From contig NC_087251.1 of NCBI RefSeq assembly GCF_037042905.1, forward strand, positions 25,484,001-25,548,000: a DNA stretch of 64,000 nucleotides, written 5' to 3'. The notes beneath the pieces were generated by a model. It was not told the DNA's origin, searched no databases, and saw only the letters and a list, made by a program, of their open reading frames with translations. The translations under genes and the position numbers were made by a program. Shown piece by piece: positions 53,063 through 64,000 of the stretch; within the stretch, counting starts at the first letter, position 1, and every line of letters starts with the position of its first letter. The stretch is from Lytechinus pictus. Taxonomy: Eukaryota.

Positions 53063-55019
53063 ACTGTCAAAATGACGCGTATTAATGTGCCATCACGGTG
53101 CGTTCACTGCACACTTTATATTTCAATCCATGATCGATGAATCCCTACAAGCTACAGAATATCAGGGCGCCTGCGAATTTTATTCTGAAGGAGAAAGAAG
53201 TCTTATACAGTAACTTATTTGCACACTCCGACTGCTCGATGATTACGGTGTCAAAGTAGATCAAAGAACGGCCTCATGACATACACATCAATATGAATGT
53301 TTTCAATATTGAGGTGTATATTGAACCTGGTTAGTTGTTGACGGTTTTATAATGTTTTCCAAATAAGATCCTCAATAAGTAGATTTTCGCTCGATCAGAA
53401 CAAATGCGTAGTCCATGACTCGTTCCCGATGAGTATAGTTCCACAGTCGACGAGTGTTGTAATCAAAGCAAAAGTTCTAAAATAATTAATTTCAAGTGTG
53501 ATGAACCGATGTCAAAGTCGACCGCAAGATCATTTTACCCTTGCTCCATATAACGGCGGATAAGATGGTAGAAACAGTAGAGAAGAAACACTGCAAATAT
53601 AATCATTAATGGTCGAGGTAGAGATAAGAAAAGTAGCGTGCCTGACAACCGTGCGAGCCACAAGTCCGTGTGTGTGTGTGCACTCCGTAGACGTCTCGGC
53701 CCAACAACCCCGCATCGAAGATGATAAAACACGCACCCCTCTCTACGTCCGTCCGTTCATGTAACAGTCACAGGTTGAATGAGTGTGGTGATGAGGGGGG
53801 GGGGGGGGGGGTAACGAGGGGCGCTACGGATGTTTGAACACAAGCATGGGCACCTGGCAAATTCGGATCAATAAAACGGAAAACACAAAACCGGTGTCTT
53901 GTTAGAGATGGTTTCTACTTGTATCGATTACATGCCCAGTCCCAACAGACCAGTTCACCCGTAAAAGGGGCGACCCCAGGGTTTTCTGAAGTATAGGGGC
54001 GGGTGCCAATGATAATTCAATATCTCGCGATGTGGGTCTATGGGGGTCTATGCAGGTCTTATGATTATACTCCACAGTGTATAATATTTATTACCCCGGC
54101 TATATAATTTAAACCGAATATCTAAAGGCTCGTTATTAAAAGTGTGGCTTAAAGGGGGGGGGGGGTAATGATTTTCCCTAAAATAAATCTCATGTTATGT
54201 AAATCATGGATGCTGTTAAATGCAAGAACTTGGGCATCAGCACATTGTTGACCATGTCATGGTAATATTATTGTCAGCGTCAACATTATGTTTTATATAT
54301 GTTTTGTAGACCCCCCTGGTTGTCTCATAATTATCATTCATGTAACTTTCTTTAAGAGAGTGGGGTTTTATTTGGGGGGGGGGGGTGTTTGATATTTTGA
54401 GAAAAATACATAACCAAAAAACTTTGAGTAGCGCTATTATATCTGCAATTATTATTATTATTTTTTTTAATATTTTATATGAGGGGTGTAGATGTAGCGA
54501 CTGTGGGAGGTTGTACCTGCCCCCCTCTCCCCTTCCTTCCAGTGTTGTGTAATACTGTATAGAGACTCCTTGTCTGAAGTTGGCATTAAAAATGCATAGG
54601 GTACGTAAGTAAGAATGCTTCAGTATTGTATATACAAGAAGGCAAGAGTTCATATCGATCGCCGGAGTGTAGAGAGAGGGAACGAGAATAATGCTCAAAG
54701 GGGGGTCCATAACTATACCCTATTCGGGACTCTATTGTCACTACTCTACAGAAAATCATCCCGTCACAAGCCACGTTTTATAGAAAAGAGGCGGTGCTCG
54801 TACAATGCATTTAAAAAGAGCTTTCAAATTGTTTATCTAATTTTCTGGCAGGAGAATGAGGAATAAAGAAATACACATGACCCTTAAATCGAGTTCATCC
54901 GGGGCTCTTTTAAGGAACATCTCAACTATGTGAATGTAGGCCCCATCCTTAACTATCATTCCCCATATTCCCACTTTCTTTAATTTCGTTTTCATAGAGC
55001 CTCGTGACTCGGGTCTTGA

Positions 55020-55515
55020 AGGGGAAATGCACCCTGACGAAAAGTTTATTGTGAAAATAGCAGAAAAGTAATTTTAAAAATGCTGATGGAGGTCGATGAA
55101 AAACCAGAATAAAAAAGTTATTAGAATGTTACTTATTTGATTTGCGATGTCATAATTAGGCGAGCAGCTTTCCCACATATCGTAACACAACACAACACAA
55201 CAATGAAGTGTCTCTTACTCAGAAAATTCAATATGGCTTTAACTGTACCTTCAGTATATAAATAGAAAAATTATTCAACATCCACTCCTGAAAGAAAAAT
55301 ATAAAGGAGTCACCACGAACCATTAAAAATTGAAATTTATGCATTATATTTACATAACATATGGGACAGCTGCTCGTATGTGACGTCAAAAAATAAAAAT
55401 TCTTGACATTTTAATAACTTTAATAATCTTTGATGGATTTTCCTCAAACCTTCATCAATATTTCAATTATTTTCTGCTATATTTGCAACAAACTTTTCGT
55501 CAGGGTGAACTTCCA
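55020..55515. mobile_element. Kolobok-type MITE of the 39827 family
   Basis: caccctgacgaaaagttt / aaacttttcgtcagggtg inverted ends. Confidence 0.8.
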
Positions 55516-56162
55516 ATAAGTTTTGTTTATACTCATTTTACGTTGATTTGAGACATCCTACTATAGGACTTATGGAAATAACATACTTGCGCATTTGCAC
55601 ATCTTTACCCTTCTTTTAATTTTTTTTATGGAGACATTTATAAAAGTATAATTTATTCATTACATGCCCTTTGATTTAATTCTTGCGCGCTGTCACCGGC
55701 ATTAACAAACATTTCCATCCGACCCGAGCTGCTAATTTTGTCTGAAGGAGAGCAGCAATAGACATTTTACTTTGATCGATGAACAGGCTTAGTCCTACAA
55801 CATCGTTGGAGTATCAGTCATTCAGTCAGTATTTTTGTTTACTTAATGCAATCATATATTTTGTAATCATTTTTTTTTAGAAATACAAATTAAACAAATT
55901 ACAAGTCATTCTTTGATTTCGATTATCATATTTCCGCCTGTATTCTTTTCCTCTTTCAAGATCGAATTCAAGGCAAGGTTTTTGTTTAAAAATAACTTGA
56001 GACTTTACTTTTTAAATAAAAATACCATAAATTTGTAAATCATACTTCTCTTTCCTTATCATCGAAAAAAACTAGATGTCTGCTTAACAGGGCAAAAATA
56101 AGCCAGATTTAAGAAAGCAAAAGTTGTTAATGTCAAAGCAAAAAAAATCAAAAACAAAAAAC

Positions 56163-56870
<708 letters not shown>

Positions 56871-58616
56871 CGTATTTATTTTTTGTATGTATTTGGGGTG
56901 GATGTCCCCCTTTCTCAACACCGTAGCTTTTAGATTTTCAATCTGATCCAGTTTTATTTTTAACCACCCCCTTTTCACCCAAAATACAAAGACTGGTGAA
57001 GTGTTCATGTGTAGTTCTCTACAAACTATAAATTTCGGTTGATTCTTAGACATATTGGAGCGTTTGTTTGCAACTTTTTGAATAACAATACAAAATGAAT
57101 ACCGAATATATATAAACATAATGATTTGGAAAAAAAGCATTCGTTTTCCGAAAAGATTGCCCTATTCCATGAAGAAAGTCGATTCGTGTATTTTATTCAC
57201 TATAATAGCGAGTTTTCACAAATACTATACGCAGGCGCTTTCTGGAACGTTGGGAATATATTGAAAATGCCCTTCAAATCACAACGAAAAATTTGAGATC
57301 TTTGTCGAAAATTAGTGAACCGGACCTGACAGCAGATCGTATTAGAGATTCGGACCGGATGAAAATTGCAAATAGGTAATTTGTCAAGAGTCAAGGACAA
57401 CACTGCTGTTTTGATTCACCGATTTTTGACACAGGCTGCTTTGTCATGAAGGGTTTTTGACAATAGATTTTCAACGTTCCATGAAGCGTCTGCGTAGTAG
57501 TTGCGAAATTTCCCATTGACAACTGCGTCCCGCATTTGTATTTTCACTCGGATAGTAATCATGGTAATATAGGAAGTTGCATATGGATTCGATGAAAGTT
57601 GTCACATTGCATGGAAACAGTTAATGGACTAAACATGAAATATTATTTAGCTCTGCTCATGTTTATATCTTCTCCCTCTGGATTGCGATCATCATCCACA
57701 GTCTCCATAACCCCCCCCCCCCCATCTTTCTCTTTTCATTTAACATTATTGTCTGACATTGACCCGAAACTGCCGTTGCCATGAGCACGGCGTCATCAAC
57801 CTCCCGCGGGTCGCGATGGCAGGTGAAATAGATCGGAGAGCTCCCCGACAGGAAATTTCTTAACTAAACATTTGTACTATTTTTATCACAATCTCTCTCA
57901 TTTTTCAGTCTGTGTATGAGCCGGCATTCCGCTGTACTATTTGAAGATTGTGTGGATTTAAAATGACAAATCATTACCTGTAAGAGTGTCATATACAAAT
58001 TAACCTTTAGACTTCATTATTCTGATGCAATTAAATATGGGTCTCTGTGACGGTTTTGGAATTCTACAATTTTGTTTGACAGTGCGTGGATCGTGTCCAC
58101 CAATAATACAAACCGGAAATTCTTTGTTATTTTTACCAACTGAGATTTTTTACGAGTATGAAGATAACCCATTCATAAATATCTAAATAATAATTCCACA
58201 CAGGGGGGGGGGGGGGGCGGTGGGTCTGATTGACTCTGTTCGGTCAGTCCTACAGAACCTACAGACTTTCTGGTAAGCAACCCTCCTTGAAATGGTCATT
58301 ATATACAGCATTAGGGGTAAAAATCACTTTGCGAGTTATATCCTACACGTCGTAGGGTGATCGGAATTCTACAAAATAGAATCTGGAGAACCGACCAACA
58401 TCCCGGGTTTTTTTATTTCTTCTAAATTTTCAACCTAAAAAAATGAAAATCTAATTTTGTGACAGATTGTTACATAACTTTTAAATATCATATTTTCGCA
58501 AGGCTTTATTTAATTTCCTTTTCTCCTCTTTCTTAGTTATCTTGGTCGTGATATCTGTTGAAGTCCATGTGCTCCCAGACCCCTCCCATCTAATTGACAG
58601 TGATTAAGAGAATTGG

Positions 58617-58618
<2 letters not shown>

Positions 58619-58702
<84 letters not shown>
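58619..58702. repeat. (AT)n microsatellite
   Basis: Directly visible in the sequence. Confidence 0.98.
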
Positions 58703-58705
<3 letters not shown>

Positions 58706-59567
58706 CTTATAAAAACTTAAATGAATAGGCCCTTCACTTCAAAGATATAATGGGCATCCCAAATCCATCAATTATTTATTATGTTCCGTTGCCCATTTTC
58801 ATGTAGGCGTATGCATCATGGATTTTGTGTCATGGCTTGCCTGTGTAGTCTTATCATTTTCTTTGCGAGTCAATACTGATTCTGTATAGGATAGTCAATA
58901 AAGCGTGTATATACAATCTTATTTAGTTCATCTGATTAAAGGAATATCGATTAGTCTATAATGACAGATCGAAATCTATATGGAGTTAATTGTAGTGCAG
59001 CCCCAACTAAAAATGCATCCATGCATGCGAAAGGTTTTCTTTGTTTATTCATTTTATGCCTAGTCCCGATCAAATCGAAAAGAAACCAACTTATTTTGCA
59101 ATTTTTCCAAATTGTAATATGGAAAAGAAACTGATTTCACGTTATCCTTTATTTGTGTCAGTCATGTCAGGAATTTTAGGATATAGACATGTCGCCTTAC
59201 ATAATGTACATTTTGGAAGATTTTGAGAATAATGATAACGGATAAATTAAAAGTTTATTCGTCATATTGACATACTTCAAATACAACTTTATCGAGAAAT
59301 TTATTAGACAGATCTTTTGGTTTAGTCACCGATATAATGAATGGTTATCGAACGAAATGACGCCGACAGAGGTGATAAATTTAATTCCTCGAATAATAGA
59401 CAATAATCATTTACATAATTTGTCTCATGTGCACACTTTTCGGATTTGTAATGACTGTCTATCGGTAAAACAATTTTCTCGTGTAGAACAGATCTGGCAT
59501 AATGAACATGATAAAGGGGAGGATAAAACAAAATGATAAGGTAAAGAGGATGAGCAAGGTGACGACA

Positions 59568-62352
59568 TAGTCCAGGATAGAAGGGGTCGAACCTTGTTTT
59601 TTTTATATATACAATGTTTTTTTATGGTTTCTTGTCAATTCGAGGGTGCTGATTCCGAATCTGAATGATGCCACTCGTGTAACCTTGAGCATTTTCAGCA
59701 AATTGGCAAAATCCAATATGGCCGCCAAAATATTCAAATTACCCATGAAAATCATAAAATTGTCCACACATTGGCTTTAAAGTACATGCAATTGTGCTGC
59801 CGGAGTGAAATAATATCTGAAAAAATGATTTTTGTCAAAATATTTATTTTCTTGATATCAAAATGGCCGCCATCATAGACCCCTGTACAATATGAATGGG
59901 GAAAATTAATTTTTTACAAAATTGAGCACTGAAATGCAAGTAATTATGATTTATGCGTGAAGCAATGTATGTAAACATGATTGCTAACGATATATATCAT
60001 TTGTTATGTCAGTTATGTGATAAATCCTGTATTTCGATATTCAAAATGGCCTTCAAAAGCCCTAACACTATTATATACAATGTGAATGGTGACACAAAAA
60101 AATCACAAGAGTGAGCACTAAAATGCATTTTGTTGAGATAAACGAGTGGAATACTGACTAAAAACATTATTGTTAACGAAATTTATTATTTAACATGCCA
60201 TGTATGTGATAAACCCTGTATTTTGATATTTAATATGACCGCCAAAGGCCCTAAAATTATGATCTACGATGTGAGAGAGGACAAAAACAATCACAAGGTG
60301 AGCACTAAAACGTATTTTTTTGTGGTAAATTAGTGGAATACTGTCTTCAAATATAATTTGCAACGAAATATATTATTCGGGTTTCATATTTGTGTTAAAT
60401 ATTGTATTTTGACTTTCAAAATGGCCGCCAAAAGACATTGACTGTATTATGTACAATCGATCTGGGAAACCAATTTTCACATGAGTCAGCACCATAACAT
60501 GCATATAATTGTGATTTAAGAGTAAAATATTGTCTGAAAACATAATTCCTAACAAGATATATCATTCATTCTGCCAGGTAGGTGATAAATAATGTATTTT
60601 GAAAGTCAAAATGGCCGCTACAGGCCCTAACGGTAGGCCTATTATGTACTTTGTGAATGGGAACATATAATTTTAACAGAATTTGGCTTTGCTTGACTAA
60701 ATGGTGTTGCATGTATGAGTGAAATATCGTCTGAAAATGTGATTTTGTAACCAAATAGATCATTTCTTATGTTAATTAGGTGATAAATGCTATATTTAAA
60801 TTTCAAAATGGCTGCAATATGTCTCTTTGTGGAAATTATTTTTCCACATTCAAATTTTACATATTAAGATAAGGGACTATGGCGGCCATTTTTCATTTTT
60901 AAAAGGTTGCATTCATCACCTTTATGACACAAGCTATGATATATTTCGTTAGAGATCATTGGGCTTAGACAATACTTAAAACTTACATCAAAATTAAGCC
61001 ATTTTCATAGTAACAATTTTGTCAAAATTATCTGTCCCCAGTTACAATGTACATACTACTTTGGGCTATGGCAGCAATTTTGAATTTCAAAGTAAGGCTT
61101 TTATTACCTTCTCAACCATTATGTGATGTATTTAGTCAGAAATCATGTTCAAGACCAAATTTTACCTATACATCACATAGTTACGTGCGTTTTTGGTTCT
61201 CATTCTGGTGATGATTAGTTTCCCTATACGCATGTTACAGAATTTGTAGGGGCTTGTGCGGCCGTTTTGAAAGTCAAAATACAGTATTTACCACCTATGG
61301 GAGAGGAAATGTTATATTTCATTAAAAATCACGTTTTCAAACAATATTTTCCTTATACAACAGAATTATATGGATTTCATAGTCAGGCAAATCCTAATTC
61401 TTTCAAAAGTTTTTGTCCCCATTTACATTGTAGATAATACTGTAAGGGCCCATAGGGGCCATTTTGAATTTTACAATACAGCATTTATCTCATGCATGAA
61501 AAATGAAATGATATGTTTCGCCAGAAATCATGTGTTTAGACAATATTTCACTCGTATAGATTACAATTACATTCATTTTATTGTTTTTACTCTTGTGAAA
61601 ATTAGTTTCTTCATTCGCTTTGTTCATAATACAGATAGGGCCTATGGCAGCCATTTTGAATGTCAACATGCAGCATAATTACCAAAATTGCAAGGGAAAT
61701 GATATGTTTCGTTAGAAATCCTTGTTGTCAGACAGTGTTACACCAATATTTCGCAGTTATTGGCATTTTAAAGTCGAAAAAATTCAAAGGTTGTGAAAAT
61801 TATGTGTCCCCTTTTTATATATTGTACACAGTATAAGGGGTCTATGACAGCAATTTTGAATATCCTAATACAGCATTTATCACATTAGATATTATACAAA
61901 TGATATAGTTTTGTTAATAGTCATATTTTCAGACAGTAGTCCACTCGCAGGTCACAATCACATGCAATAATAGTGCTCTTGTTTGAAAAAATATTTTCCC
62001 CATTCATATTCTACATAATAAAGTATACAGGGGTTATGGCGGCCATTTTGAATATCAATAAAATAAATATTTTGTCAAATATCGCTTTTCCAATTGGTAT
62101 TTCACTTCTGCACAACAACTACATGCATTTTATAGCTAATGTGTTGGCAATTTTATGATTTTCATGGGTAATTTGCATATTTTGGCGGCCATATTGGATT
62201 TTGCCAATTTGCGGAAAATGCTCAAGGTTACAAGAGTGGCATCATTCAGATTCGGAATCAGCACCCTCGAATTGACAAGAAACCATCAAAAAACATTGTA
62301 TATCTAAAAAAACAAGGTTCGACCCCTTGTCTATGGGGCCTATCCTGGACTA
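59568..62352. mobile_element. 2.8-kb foldback non-autonomous DNA transposon, Academ-like
   Basis: ACA|tagtccaggatag ... ctatcctggacta|ACA; about 300-bp TIRs; interior of about 170-bp units in opposite orientation in each half. Confidence 0.85.
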
Positions 62353-62459
62353 ACAGAGGGCATCCGAGAAAGTGGTTAGAGGAGAGAGTGGAATAAAATT
62401 GAGGGGTAGAAATATTGCTGGTAAGATAAAAGAGAAGAAAAGTAAAGAGGGAACAAACA

Positions 62460-63600
62460 TGGTCATGGCGTCACACTCGGGCGGACAGGGGGACACCTCC
62501 AAAAAATAATAAAGGGTGGGGGACCCAATAGGAGGTGTCCCCAATTAGTTTGAAGTCTTGTATTTCGGTTGATTTATTTACTGACCAACGTATCCGCATA
62601 ATATATACTAATTTACATAATTTCAAACAATGGTTAAAATATTCCTTTTCAGGTCAGTGTGAGAATTATCAGCTCGCACTTTGCGCTCGCATCTGTTGAG
62701 ATAAATAACTTGTTTATGATTACATACATTGGTTAACATATTATAATAAAGAATATGAATGTTAATAAAAGTTTATCGTGCTTCGCGCTCACATTTTTTT
62801 TTAATTTGTGAGATACGTATCCTCTTGATGAATTTATAGAAATGTTACTTTTACATGACAGTATATAAAAAATTACAGTTCTTATTCGTCTTATATAGTT
62901 ATAGGTATAAGCCTTCTGTGCATGAAATGTTTAGTTCTTATGTCTTTAACTCCTATAATATTCAAACTCGAGCATTTTGCTCGCATAATTTATTTACTGA
63001 CATACGGATCCGACCTTCATAATTTCTTTACATGTCAAATATTCCTTTTCTGGTCGGTTAGGCCTGTATCAAAGTTAAACTTTCGCTTCGCGCTTGTATT
63101 ATCTATTTAGTGAGATATGGAAATCGTTTGTGATTTAAAATGTGCTTATAAACTTCATTTTCAGGTCTGAGCATCAACAACTTTCAGGCCGCGTTTCGCG
63201 CTTGTATTATTTGATAAGTGACACATAAATATTACTTAACAAAGACCGCTTTTCGCGTCAATATGTAAATAATTTTTATCAAGGCCTTTTTTTACGCTTC
63301 CTGGAATTTTTCAATTTTAGGGGTCTAGTTCTCCAAAATGATCAGCTCACATCTTTGCATTCGTATTATTTATTTAGTGAGATTAGTAACATCTTCATAA
63401 TTCCTATATGTCAAATATTGTTTAAAAAGTTAATTTTTCGGATCAGTATCATCAGTTCGCTCTTTGCGTTCGCATTTATTTTGTTTAGTGAGATAAGCAC
63501 CCTTTATGATTACGGAAGGTGTTTCAAATGTCCCGTTTTTAGGTCTGAATATCAACTATTTTCAAAATGTGTGTGCTACCCCATCCTCAAAAATATTCAA
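62460..63600. repeat. Degenerate hAT-like repeat with gctcgcgcttcgcgctcgc subrepeats; similar repeat at about 42700-43290
   Basis: Same subrepeat as inside element 2150-3115. Confidence 0.6.
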
Positions 63601-64000
63601 ATAAAACCCCCCAAAATAAAATTTTAAAAAGAATGAAAAGGTATTTTCAATGTTATTCGATTTTTCATTTCACATCTTTTATTAAAAAAAACCCAAACAA
63701 ACACAATCTGATAAGTGAATATACATGGAATAATGTTACCACATATAGGTTAACAGGGATGCAATCAGGCAGAGGATGTAATATGGGTGTGCCATGACCG
63801 AGATGTCTAAGGCGGTCGACACTCGATAATGTTTAGGATTTATGATTTTTTAATACAAAGATTGACTATAAATATTGTTGACTTCTATAAGGCCTGCAGA
63901 TAGTTTCTGAATTTATTTTCACTTCCATTAATGGGGGACCATGCACGTATTTTATTTCGTTCTTTGATTTTAGTTGTTTTCTTTGAACTGATAAAAATAA

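Overview
Eukaryotic, AT-rich, repeat-dense animal genomic DNA. The repeat families suggest an echinoderm such as a sea urchin (inference only). The main gene is a plus-strand HIF prolyl-4-hydroxylase of the PHD2/EGLN1 type, with an N-terminal MYND finger and a 2OG-Fe(II) domain. It has five coding exons at 19555-23822 and encodes about 374 aa. It probably starts at a CpG-rich promoter near 10.9-11.75 kb that carries a double hypoxia-response element, and probably has a long 3' UTR reaching about 32.26 kb. The same promoter appears to drive a divergent, spliced non-coding RNA on the minus strand. A second gene is an orphan 344-aa single-CDS-exon ORF on the minus strand (52028-53062) with repeated LPxI motifs. 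The rest is a mosaic of non-autonomous DNA transposons (Kolobok/TTAA-type, hAT, Harbinger, EnSpm, Academ-like foldback), often nested, plus LINE fragments, a tRNA-derived SINE, a Penelope-type minimal hammerhead ribozyme motif and microsatellites. All calls are by eye; no searches were run.
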